From the NCBI GenBank assembly GCA_016191395.1, contig JACPOS010000004.1, forward strand, positions 4,166 through 68,165: a stretch of DNA of 64,000 nt, written 5' to 3'. Both the position numbers and the translations under genes were made by a program. Below the pieces are notes generated by a model that was not told the origin of the DNA, searched no databases, and saw nothing but the letters and a program-made list of their open reading frames with translations. Shown piece by piece: positions 49,040 to 57,562 of this stretch (the stretch's first letter is position 1; every line of letters starts with the position of its first letter). This DNA comes from Chloroflexota bacterium. GTDB taxonomy: Bacteria; Chloroflexota; Limnocylindria; Limnocylindrales; CSP1-4.

Positions 49040-49468
49040 ATGGCGACCCGTGACGAGATTGCCGACGCGATCGCCGGCATGACCCTCTTCGCGGACCTTG
49101 CGCGACCGCAGCTGCTGGGCGTCGCGAGCCGGTTCGAGGAGGCCTTCTTCCCAAAGGACGCGCGCGTGCTGCGGCAGGACCTGACCGGGTCCGGCTTCTA
49201 CGTGATCCTCGATGGCGAGGCGGACGTGATCGCGGACGGCATGAAGCGCGCGACGCTCGCGCGAGGCGACTTCTTCGGCGAGGTGAGCGTCCTCCTGGGC
49301 GAGCCGCCGATCGCCGACGTGGTGGCGACCCGGCCGCTCCGCTGCATCGTCCTCGGCGGCCCGGCCGTGGAGGGCTTCCTCGTGGACCATCCCAGGGTGA
49401 TGTACCGGATGCTCCAGGCGCAGGCGCGGCGCCTGCGGGGCGCGAACCAGCGCTTCGCGGCGGAATGA
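49040..49468 (+). CDS. stand-alone cyclic-nucleotide-binding-like domain protein (degenerate phosphate-binding cassette)
   Basis: GGAGGA SD before the ATG at 49040. GDFFGEVSVLLGEPPIADV has the FGE motif but no conserved Arg. No output domain. Confidence 0.8.
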   Translation: MATRDEIADAIAGMTLFADLARPQLLGVASRFEEAFFPKDARVLRQDLTGSGFYVILDGEADVIADGMKRATLARGDFFGEVSVLLGEPPIADVVATRPLRCIVLGGPAVEGFLVDHPRVMYRMLQAQARRLRGANQRFAAE

Positions 49469-50997
49469 CCGTGGCGGATCCCCAGGAGCGCCCGTTCCCC
49501 CCGGGCGAGTACCCCATCATCGTCGTCGGCTCCGGTCCCGGCGCGCTCCAGACCTCGTACTTCCTGAGCCGCCTCGGGATCGAGCACGCGCTGCTCTCCG
49601 CCGACCCCGGGGCCGGTGGCATGTTCCGCCGCTGGCCGTTCTTCCAGCGGCTGCTCTCATGGACCAAGCCGTACGCCCCTGCCGAGCGCTCCTCCCGGGC
49701 ATTCGAGCGCTGGGACTGGAACAGCCTGCTCGCGCTGGAGCCGGAGCTGCGCGGCATCGCCGCCGAGTTCATGGACGGCACGTCGGACTTCCCCTCGCGG
49801 CCGGAGATGGAGGAGAACCTCGTCGCCTTTGCCGAGCGGGCCGGCGTTCGCGCCCGCTACGGCTGCCGCTGGCAGTCCACGCGCCGCGAGGAGACCGCGG
49901 ACGGCGACCGGTTCATCCTGACCACGACCGATGGCGAGTACCGCTGCCGGTTCGCGATCTTCGCGGTGGGCGTCGCGGAGCCGTACAGCCCGTCGACACC
50001 GGGCATCGAGCTCGCGGTCCACTACGCCGACACGCGCGACGCCGAGACCTACGCGGGCAAGCGCCTGTTCATCATCGGCAAGCAGAACTCCGGGTTCGAG
50101 CTCGCGTCCGGCCTGCTCCAGTGGGCCAGCCGCATCTCGCTCTCGTCGCCGTCACCGGCGAAGACCTCGATCGAGACGCACTCGCTCGTCGGCGTGCGGG
50201 CGCGCTACGTGCAGCCATTCGAGGATTCCGCCCTCGGCGGCGGCGTGGACATCCTGTCCGCGAGCATCAAGGGCATCAGCCGAGCTCCGTCCGGGGCGCT
50301 CATGGTCGCCCTCGAGCGCAGCGACAACGCGATGCCCATGAGCGTGGAGGCGGACGAGGTGATCGCCGCGACGGGGTTCACCTGCCCGCTCGTGGACCTG
50401 CCCGCGCTGGGCGTCGCGACGTTCGGCCAGTCCAAGCTGCCCGCCCAGACCGAGTTCTGGGAGAGCGCGACGGTGCCCGGGATCTTCTTCGCCGGCACCA
50501 TCACCCAGGGCTCCGCCGGGCTCAAGAAGCACGGCATCCCACCGAACTCCGGTGCGCTCCATGGCTACCGGTACAACGCGCGCGTGCTCGTGCGGGAGAT
50601 CGGCCGGCGCCATTTCGGGATCGTGCCCGAGCGGCCCGCGCTGGACGCCCGGGATGTTCGCGACCACCTCCTGTCGGAGGCGACCCTCGCCCCCGAGCTA
50701 TGGCACCAGAAGGCGTTCCTCGCGAGCGTGGTGAGCTTCGACACGGATGACGGCGTGCGGGACGAGGGCATCGTGCCGCTCACGAGCTTCCTCGACGGCG
50801 GCGGGCCGGACGCGGTCGCGATGACGATCGAGGCGGACGGCACGAACATCTATCCGGTCGTCTACGTCCGCCACGGCGGGCGGCAGGAGGAGCACGCGCT
50901 GGACGCCGACCCGCTCCACGACTACCAGAGCCTCGCCTATCGGCGGGCGCTCGGCACCATCCTCGAGCGGCTCACGGCGGGCGCCTCCGCCGCCTGA
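49465..50997 (+). CDS. FAD/NAD(P)-binding oxidoreductase (flavin monooxygenase/pyridine nucleotide-disulfide oxidoreductase-like) with extra C-terminal domain
   Basis: IIVVGSGPGALQ (GxGxxG) and a second dinucleotide motif LFIIGKQNSGFELA. ATG overlaps the upstream stop (ATGA). Confidence 0.75.
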   Translation: MTVADPQERPFPPGEYPIIVVGSGPGALQTSYFLSRLGIEHALLSADPGAGGMFRRWPFFQRLLSWTKPYAPAERSSRAFERWDWNSLLALEPELRGIAAEFMDGTSDFPSRPEMEENLVAFAERAGVRARYGCRWQSTRREETADGDRFILTTTDGEYRCRFAIFAVGVAEPYSPSTPGIELAVHYADTRDAETYAGKRLFIIGKQNSGFELASGLLQWASRISLSSPSPAKTSIETHSLVGVRARYVQPFEDSALGGGVDILSASIKGISRAPSGALMVALERSDNAMPMSVEADEVIAATGFTCPLVDLPALGVATFGQSKLPAQTEFWESATVPGIFFAGTITQGSAGLKKHGIPPNSGALHGYRYNARVLVREIGRRHFGIVPERPALDARDVRDHLLSEATLAPELWHQKAFLASVVSFDTDDGVRDEGIVPLTSFLDGGGPDAVAMTIEADGTNIYPVVYVRHGGRQEEHALDADPLHDYQSLAYRRALGTILERLTAGASAA

Positions 50998-51039
50998 TCT
51001 GAAGGCCGGGGACGCAGTCCGCCGCCCGGCACCCTGCGG

Positions 51040-51801
51040 CTAGCGGTCGCCTTCCTCGCCCACGACGTCGTCGAAGTCGTCGGCCATGAACTCATCCGCC
51101 TCGTTCTCCGAATCATCCTCTTCGTCGGGCGGCGTCAGAAAGCGGTACAGCCCCCAGCCCAGGATGGAGCCCACGAACGGCCCCGTCAGGTACACCCACA
51201 GCGATGTGTACGTTCCCGAGACGACCGCCGGGGCGAGCGAGCGGACCGGGTTCACCGACGCCCCGCTGACGAAGATGCTGACGAAGTGGATGGCCATGAG
51301 CGTCAGCGGGATCACGATGATGGCCTGACCTGGCGCCTTGCGCGTCACCGTCAGGATCACGGCCACGAACACCGCGGTGAGGATCGCCTCGACGGCAAAC
51401 GCGTGCAGCTCCGCCTCGAACGGCGCCTCGGCCGTGGGGCCGGGCTGGTTCACCGTCGCGGCCACGATGGACATCGTGGTCACGACGAGGATCCCGAGCG
51501 ACGCCGCGAACGCGCCGATGACCTGCGCGATCACGTAGCCGATCGCATTCCTCCAGTCCAGGCGGCCGTCGAACAGCGCCGCCAGGGTGACGGCGGGGTT
51601 GAAATGGCCGCCCGAGACGTGGCCACCGACGCCGATCGCGGCCATGAGGCCGAGCCCGAATGCGAACGGCAGGATCACGAGCGCGTACAGGGGAGCACCC
51701 TGGCCCTGGGTCACGATCACGTACGTCGCGACGCCCAGCGACCCAAAGAAGACCAGGATGAAGGTGCCCACCGCTTCGGCGACCAGGGCGCGGATGTTCA
51801 T
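51040..51801 (-). CDS. aquaporin/MIP family channel
   Basis: HFNPAVT first NPA box. The second box reads SVNPVRS. Six TM segments and an acidic C-terminal tail. Confidence 0.9.
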   Translation of the reverse strand: MNIRALVAEAVGTFILVFFGSLGVATYVIVTQGQGAPLYALVILPFAFGLGLMAAIGVGGHVSGGHFNPAVTLAALFDGRLDWRNAIGYVIAQVIGAFAASLGILVVTTMSIVAATVNQPGPTAEAPFEAELHAFAVEAILTAVFVAVILTVTRKAPGQAIIVIPLTLMAIHFVSIFVSGASVNPVRSLAPAVVSGTYTSLWVYLTGPFVGSILGWGLYRFLTPPDEEDDSENEADEFMADDFDDVVGEEGDR

Positions 51802-52490
51802 GGATCCCTCCTCGAATTCGTCGGCGGGCTGAGGATAGCCCGCGCGCCGGCGCCGACGGCCCCACGGATCAGCAGCGCGTCACGCCACGTGCGGCAGAGG
51901 ACCTCCACGAGCTCCAGCCGATCCAGGGCCTGGTCCAGGGTCGCGCCCACCGCGACCGCCCCGTGGCGCTCCAGCAGGACTGCTCCCGGCAGCGGCTCCG
52001 TCGCATCGCCGAGCGCGTCGGCGACGCGCGCCGCGAGCTCGGCGCTGCCGGGCGCTTCGAACGGGATGAACGGCAGGCGCGGCAGGAGGAGCGCCGTCTC
52101 GGGGAGCACGGCGGGATCCGGCACCTCACCGGCTAGCGTCAGCGCCATCGCGGCCGGCAGGTGCGCGTGCACGACGGCGACCACGTCCGCTCGCGCCGCA
52201 TAGATAGCGCGGTGGATCGCGATGTCCGAGCTGGGCTTCGATCCCTCGCGGTTCGGGGTTCCGTCCGCGTGCAGCGGGACGATGAGCAGGTCGGACGTGG
52301 CCAGCTCGTCCTTGCGTCGCCCGGACGGCGTGACGAGGAGCGTGCCGTCCACGAGCCGGACACTGATGTTCCCCTCACCGGCGGAGATGAGACCGCGCGC
52401 TCCGAGCCGCCGGCCTCCCGCGACGACGCGCTCGAGCAGCCGGGCGAGGCCCCAGGTGTCCGTCGACGGTTGGGCGTCCATCGCGGCCAT
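51798..52490 (-). CDS. class II aldolase/adducin-family protein
   Basis: GEGNISVRL, LLVTPSG and the metal-binding VVHAHLP motif are present. Stop overlaps the aquaporin start. Confidence 0.85.
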   Translation of the reverse strand: MAAMDAQPSTDTWGLARLLERVVAGGRRLGARGLISAGEGNISVRLVDGTLLVTPSGRRKDELATSDLLIVPLHADGTPNREGSKPSSDIAIHRAIYAARADVVAVVHAHLPAAMALTLAGEVPDPAVLPETALLLPRLPFIPFEAPGSAELAARVADALGDATEPLPGAVLLERHGAVAVGATLDQALDRLELVEVLCRTWRDALLIRGAVGAGARAILSPPTNSRRDP

Positions 52491-52520
52491 CGTATCGGCC
52501 GTCCGCAGCGGTCGTCGACG

Positions 52521-53027
52521 CTACTCGGGGAACTCCTCTGGGTGGAACGCGTATGCCCACATCGAAGCTGGCCGGATGCGGAAGAACACGACGCCCTCAC
52601 CCCAGCTGTACGGGTCCGATCCGTAGGTCTCGCTCCAGATTCGATGGATCTCATCGTGGTCCGCGTGGTCGCGCGTGATCCACTCGACGGTCCCGTTCAC
52701 CACCACCGCGATCCGGTCTCCATCGACGTGGACGGCACTGCAAGCCGGGTTCGCGCGCAGGTGCCTGATCTTGGTCGCCCCCTCACCGGTCCCCATGGTG
52801 AAGCGACCGTGGACGAAGAGCATGTCCAGCGGCGACGCGCGGGGCTCGCCGCGCGACGTCACGGTCGCGAACGCCACGTGCTTGGTACCGATCAGGTACC
52901 GGGCGACCTGCCGAGCCGTCAGCCGGCGCTCGGGCGTGACGATGCCCTGCATGTGCGGATTCGCGTGCGCGAGGTGCGCGTCGAACATCGCCTGGAGCTC
53001 GACCAACTCCGCCTCGGTCTCGAACAT
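52521..53027 (-). CDS. pyridoxamine 5'-phosphate oxidase-like (FMN/F420-binding split-barrel) protein
   Basis: 168 aa. HVAFATVTSRGEPRASPLDMLFVHGRF and RANPACSAVHVDG are typical of the PNPOx-like fold. Confidence 0.7.
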   Translation of the reverse strand: MFETEAELVELQAMFDAHLAHANPHMQGIVTPERRLTARQVARYLIGTKHVAFATVTSRGEPRASPLDMLFVHGRFTMGTGEGATKIRHLRANPACSAVHVDGDRIAVVVNGTVEWITRDHADHDEIHRIWSETYGSDPYSWGEGVVFFRIRPASMWAYAFHPEEFPE

Positions 53028-53068
53028 CGGTCCTCAGAATCCCGGTCCGATCCTGCCGGTCAAGCAGG

Positions 53069-53212
53069 TCAGGCGGCGACGCGGAGAGGCTCGTACGTGG
53101 GCGCGGGTACATCCAGCTCCAGGACCACGCTGCACGTCTCGCAACCGACCACCTTGGCCTTCTCGTCGATGCGCGTCGCGGTTCCGCAGCACGGCAGCTC
53201 GATCTCGATCAT
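53069..53212 (-). CDS. small Cys-rich hypothetical protein (47 aa)
   Basis: MIEIELPCCGTATRIDEKAKVVGCETCSVVLELD has a CC...CxxC pattern and strong G/C third-position bias. The longer start at 53254 would overlap the divergent ABC gene. Confidence 0.45.
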   Translation of the reverse strand: MIEIELPCCGTATRIDEKAKVVGCETCSVVLELDVPAPTYEPLRVAA

Positions 53213-53255
53213 GACCCGAAAGTTGCACTGACGCCGTGCCACCTTGTCTGTCACG

Positions 53256-54221
53256 ATGATTCACATGCCCCGCGTTTCTCTCGACATGCCCGCGATCGAG
53301 GTCACCGATCTTCGCAAGCGCTATGGCCAGGTGGACGCGCTCGCGGGGCTGACGATGACAGTCGGCCGAGGCGAGGTCTTCGGGTTCCTCGGCCCGAACG
53401 GCGCCGGCAAGACGACCACGGTCAAGCTCCTGCTGGGCCTTGCCCGGCCCACTGCAGGCAGCGGCAAGGTCCTCGGCGCGCCGATGGGCGATCTGGCCAC
53501 CCGCCGGAAGATCGGCTACCTGCCGGAGCTGTTCCGATACCAGCCGTGGATGAAGGCCCGCGAGGTCCTGACCCTGCACGGCGAGCTCATCGGCCTGCCG
53601 CGCGCTCGCCGGGGGGCCGCCGCCGACGAGGCGCTCCGGATCGTGGGCCTGGGTGACAAGGCCGGTGAGACCGTCGGCAAGTTCTCGAAGGGCATGCAGC
53701 AGCGCCTGGGGCTCGGCACGGCGCTCCTCGGCGAGCCGGCGCTCATCGTGCTGGACGAGCCCACCTCCGCCCTCGATCCGGTTGGCCGCGTGGACGTGCG
53801 CGGCATCGTCCGGGCAGCCGCGGATCGCGGCGCGGCGGTGTTCCTGAACTCCCACCTCCTGAGCGAGGTGGAGCAGGTCTGCGACCGTGTGGCCATCATC
53901 GACCATGGTCGCGTCGTCGCCAGCGGCGACCTCGACGACGTGCTCGGGCAGGCCGAGACGCAGATCCGGGTGACGGGCCTCAGCCCGTCCGACCTGGCCG
54001 CGATCGAGCCGTTCGGGCCGCCGACGCTCGACGGCGACCTCCTTGCCATCCGCCCGATGGACGCCGAGCGCGTGCCGGACCTCGTCGCGACGCTCGTCGC
54101 GATGGGCGCGAAGGTGCACGAGGTCCGCGCCGGCCGGAGCTCGCTGGAGCAGCGCTTCCTTGCGCTCGTGGCGCGCGACCGACCGCCTGCCGGCACCCCC
54201 AGCGCGCAGCGGCTCCGATGA
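53256..54221 (+). CDS. ABC transporter ATP-binding protein
   Basis: Walker A GPNGAGKTT, signature FSKGMQQR and Walker B LIVLDEPT are present. Start ambiguous (TTG 53244, ATG 53256, 53265 or 53286). Confidence 0.9.
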   Translation: MIHMPRVSLDMPAIEVTDLRKRYGQVDALAGLTMTVGRGEVFGFLGPNGAGKTTTVKLLLGLARPTAGSGKVLGAPMGDLATRRKIGYLPELFRYQPWMKAREVLTLHGELIGLPRARRGAAADEALRIVGLGDKAGETVGKFSKGMQQRLGLGTALLGEPALIVLDEPTSALDPVGRVDVRGIVRAAADRGAAVFLNSHLLSEVEQVCDRVAIIDHGRVVASGDLDDVLGQAETQIRVTGLSPSDLAAIEPFGPPTLDGDLLAIRPMDAERVPDLVATLVAMGAKVHEVRAGRSSLEQRFLALVARDRPPAGTPSAQRLR

Positions 54222-55063
54222 TCACGATCGCGAAGCTCACGATCGGCGAGGCCGCACGCCGGCGCGTCCTGTGGGTGCTGGTGATCCTCGCGGCCGTTGC
54301 CGTTGGGCTCACGGCGTGGGGCGTCTCCGCGCTCGTCGGGAGCGCCCGGGACGGCGGCGTCAGCGACCTGGACATCAAGTTCGCCGTCTCGCAGATCCTG
54401 ATCTTCATCGCGTTCATGTTCGGCTTCGTGCTGGTCATGACCGCCGCGTTCTTCGGCTCGCCGGCCATCGCAACGGACCTCGAGTCCGGAATCGCTCAGG
54501 CGATGCTGGCCCGGCCGCTCCGTCGCTCCTCGTATCTCCTGGGTCGGTGGCTTGGACTCGCGATCGTGATGGTCGTCTACGCCGCCGTGGCAGGCTTCCT
54601 CGCGATCGGCGCCGTGGGCCTCGTGTCCGGTTACTACCCGCCCGACGTGATCCTCCCCGTGGCCTACCTCGCCGGCCAGGCCCTCATCCTGCTGTCGCTG
54701 ACGGTGCTCCTGTCGACCCGGCTTCCGCCGATCGCCGGTGGCTCCATCGCCGTCGTCGCGTATGGGCTTGTCTGGATGGCCGGGGTCCTCGGCAAGATCG
54801 GCCTCGCGATCGGGACGACGAGCCTCGTCACGGTCAGCGACGCGGTCCGCTACCTGCTGCCGACCGACGCGTTCTGGCAGGGCGTCGTCTACGGCTTGGA
54901 GCCGTCCTTCGTGATCAACTCCGTGGGCGACGAGGTGGTCGCCCGGTCTTCGCCATTCTTCGCGGCGGCACCGCCGTCGAACGCGATCCTCGCCTGGGCG
55001 GCGGTCTGGGTGGTCCTCGTCCTCGTGCTCGCGGTCAACCAGCTCCGGCGGCGCGAGCTGTAG
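54218..55063 (+). CDS. ABC-2-type transporter permease
   Basis: 281 aa, about six TM segments. ATG overlaps the ATPase stop. Confidence 0.75.
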   Translation: MITIAKLTIGEAARRRVLWVLVILAAVAVGLTAWGVSALVGSARDGGVSDLDIKFAVSQILIFIAFMFGFVLVMTAAFFGSPAIATDLESGIAQAMLARPLRRSSYLLGRWLGLAIVMVVYAAVAGFLAIGAVGLVSGYYPPDVILPVAYLAGQALILLSLTVLLSTRLPPIAGGSIAVVAYGLVWMAGVLGKIGLAIGTTSLVTVSDAVRYLLPTDAFWQGVVYGLEPSFVINSVGDEVVARSSPFFAAAPPSNAILAWAAVWVVLVLVLAVNQLRRREL

Positions 55064-55064
55064 G

Positions 55065-55586
55065 GTGGCCGAGCCACCACACGTCTTCCTCGGCCACGGG
55101 GCGAGCGGGAATGCGGCGAGCATGGCGCCGTTCGTCAATGGGCTTCGTCGACGAGGGCTGGTCGCGGACGCAGTGGATCTCCCGAAGCGCAAGGCCGAGG
55201 ATGCCGTTCCCGTGTGGCGCGCCCGGGTCCCGGACGGCGCCGGCACGATTGCCGGCGGGCACTCGTACGGCGGACGCGTGGCCAGCCTCGCGGCCGCGGC
55301 GGGCGCCGGCTACGCGGGCCTCGTCCTTTTCAGCTACCCGGTCCACCCGCCGGGCGGCGTGGAGCGTGCGGCGGCCCGGGTCGCGCACTTCCCGATGATC
55401 ACGTGCCCGGTCCTGCTGCTCTCCGGCGAGTCGGACCCGTTCGCCCGCCTGGACCTCCTCCGGGATGCCGTGACGTACCTGCCGAACGCGGAGCTGGTGA
55501 CGTACCCGCGCCTCGCGCACACCCTGAAGCCCGTGCTGGAGGAGGTCCTGGACCGCGTCGCAAGGTTCGTGGCGAATCTCGCCTGA
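55065..55586 (+). CDS. alpha/beta hydrolase family protein
   Basis: Nucleophile elbow GHSYGG. LLLSGESDPF and a C-terminal His region. 173 aa. Confidence 0.72.
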   Translation: MAEPPHVFLGHGASGNAASMAPFVNGLRRRGLVADAVDLPKRKAEDAVPVWRARVPDGAGTIAGGHSYGGRVASLAAAAGAGYAGLVLFSYPVHPPGGVERAAARVAHFPMITCPVLLLSGESDPFARLDLLRDAVTYLPNAELVTYPRLAHTLKPVLEEVLDRVARFVANLA

Positions 55587-55610
55587 GCGGACTCGCGTGC
55601 TAGGCGGCGC

Positions 55611-56936
55611 CTAGTCGACCGACAGCACCTTGTAGCGGACGGCGCCGCGCGGCGTTCGTACGTCGATCTCCGCGCCCGCGACCGCACCCAGGAGCGCGGC
55701 GCCGACCGGAGAGACCATGCTGAGCCGGCCGGCTGCGGGATCCGCCTCCGCGCTGCCGACGATCGTGTACTCCACCTCGTCGCCGGCGATCTCCACGGTC
55801 ACCCGGGAGCCGATGATCACCTTGCCGGTGGCGGCCTCGTCGACGACGACCGCACGTCGGAGCCGATCCTCCAGCGCCATCACGCGACCCTCGAGGAACG
55901 ACTGCTCCTCGCGCGCGGCGTGGTACTCGGCGTTCTCCTTGAGGTCACCGTGCTCGCGCGCGGACTTGATCCTGGCGACCACCTCGCGCCGCTTGACGCG
56001 CGTGAGCTCGTCCAGCTCCGCCGTCATTCGATCCACGGCGCCCTGCGACATCTGCATCGGCTCTGCGGCGATCCCGGTCGGTGCCTTCCGGCGCGGGCCG
56101 CTGGCCGAGCGCGCCACGGCCGGGGCGCGATGCGGAGGCGGCACGCGCGGCTCCGAGTGGCGCGCGCCGGGCAGGGACGCCGGGGCGCGGCGCGTGGTGC
56201 CGGACCCGCGCTCCTCCACGCGCGCGCCGTCCGCATCGCCTGGCGCGACCTGGACGACCCGACGCGGTGGCTCCGGCGCGTTCGGCGGGGCGGGGAGGAT
56301 CGTCCCGGTCAGCCCGTGGACCTGGCGCTCACCGGTCGGGCGGCGCGTGTTCGCCCAGGGTAGGGAGAGGGCGCCCGCCGGCCGCCCCGCTGGTGCGGAC
56401 TGTGTGGCCGCGAACGCGTCGAAGAACGCGTCGAGCGACTCCTCGGGGGCGGTCGTCTCTGCCCACCAGATCCGCAGGCCCAGGCCGTCGAGGCCGCGGA
56501 GCAGGTGCAGCCACTGGCCGTCCGCGTGCGGCTGGCGATCGCCGGGCACGTGGGCGAGGAGCGCGGCGATGCGACCGCCGATGGAGCGATCGGTCGCGCC
56601 GGCGTACAACACGGTCGCCTCCGGCCACCAGAGTGACGCGAGCCGGGCGGTCAGGGACTTCGACGTCGGGTGCTCGCCGTCCATGCGCAGCTCGGGCAGC
56701 CTCTCGAGCCACTTGCCGACGCGGGTCATCTCGATCGGCGGGTTCGGGAGCGCGGTGCCGAGCTCCACGACGTACAGGCCGCCCTTGCGAGCAGGAACTG
56801 GAAGGCCCCAGCGGACCGGTCCGTCGGCGAGCAGGCCGATCGACCGGATCAGGTCAGCTGCGTTCCGTTGGGCGGTGATCACCGGGCGGACGGTACCACC
56901 GGGCCTCGAACTCGGTACCGGCGGGTGGCTCGACAT
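55611..56936 (-). CDS. greA: transcription elongation factor GreA with an in-frame ~295-aa N-terminal extension (unknown domain + Pro/Arg/Ala-rich linker)
   Basis: The C-terminal 148 aa (ATG at 56057) are a canonical GreA (GDLKENAEYHAAREEQ; VEYTIVGSAEADP). The same frame is stop-free up to 57164. The part upstream of the linker has coding-like composition (high G/C at third positions). ATG at 56936 chosen. The GreA core alone is confidence ~0.9. Confidence 0.6.
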   Translation of the reverse strand: MSSHPPVPSSRPGGTVRPVITAQRNAADLIRSIGLLADGPVRWGLPVPARKGGLYVVELGTALPNPPIEMTRVGKWLERLPELRMDGEHPTSKSLTARLASLWWPEATVLYAGATDRSIGGRIAALLAHVPGDRQPHADGQWLHLLRGLDGLGLRIWWAETTAPEESLDAFFDAFAATQSAPAGRPAGALSLPWANTRRPTGERQVHGLTGTILPAPPNAPEPPRRVVQVAPGDADGARVEERGSGTTRRAPASLPGARHSEPRVPPPHRAPAVARSASGPRRKAPTGIAAEPMQMSQGAVDRMTAELDELTRVKRREVVARIKSAREHGDLKENAEYHAAREEQSFLEGRVMALEDRLRRAVVVDEAATGKVIIGSRVTVEIAGDEVEYTIVGSAEADPAAGRLSMVSPVGAALLGAVAGAEIDVRTPRGAVRYKVLSVD

Positions 56937-56982
56937 CCGGTGGGAGCGCGCGACACTGAGCTGACGCTTCGGGGGAAGTGGG

Positions 56983-57495
56983 TTGGTCGAGCTCGAGATC
57001 TTTACGCCGACCGGGGTCCTTGCGGGCACGGCCGCACATGTCCCGCTGACGAACGACGGCCCGGACCTCGTGCAGCCGCTGCTGGTCGAGGACGGGCGCT
57101 GGTATCCCATCGATGGCTCCCGCCCGACCCACCGCGGGGACTCCACCGTCAGCCCGGACGACATCCTGCTGATCGTGACGCCAGAGCCCGAGCTCAGGGT
57201 TCACATGGCCTGGTACTCGGTCGCTCTCGAGGTTGGGCCGTACCGGGTCGCGGGCAGGCTGGCGACGCATCCGGGATTCGATCCGGCCCGCGCCCTCGCC
57301 CGACCCGGCAGCACGTTCATCGCCATCAGCGACGCGACCATCGAGCTCGCCGGCCGCAACGAGGCCGGCAGCGCCCAGCGCCCGTACCTCCACGTCAACC
57401 GGTACGCGGTGGACCGAGTCACGTCCACGCTCATGCTCGGGCACTTCTTCCCCGGCGCACGCCTCGTCGCCCAGGACTCCGCGCCGGTCGGCTAG
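56983..57495 (+). CDS. hypothetical protein (170 aa)
   Basis: TTG start is preceded by GGGGGAAG. Strong G/C third-position bias. No family recognised. Divergent from the greA-fusion gene. Confidence 0.6.
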   Translation: MVELEIFTPTGVLAGTAAHVPLTNDGPDLVQPLLVEDGRWYPIDGSRPTHRGDSTVSPDDILLIVTPEPELRVHMAWYSVALEVGPYRVAGRLATHPGFDPARALARPGSTFIAISDATIELAGRNEAGSAQRPYLHVNRYAVDRVTSTLMLGHFFPGARLVAQDSAPVG

Positions 57496-57562
57496 CTCCG
57501 CAGCGCCTCGCGCCGCGCGCCGCGCGCCCGCTCGGTGGGTGGTGCGCTCCGCCCCCCGACGA

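Noticed and set aside
53069-53254. The longer 61-aa version of the Cys-rich micro-protein.
   Set aside because: It would overlap the start region of the divergent ABC ATPase gene. The internal ATG at 53212 gives a compact product with the Cys motifs intact.
55611-57164. Using the first start of the ORF (57164) for the greA-containing frame.
   Set aside because: That start would overlap the divergent gene beginning at 56983, and the first ~75 codons are low-complexity. The ATG at 56936 (or the GTG at 56882) is more plausible.
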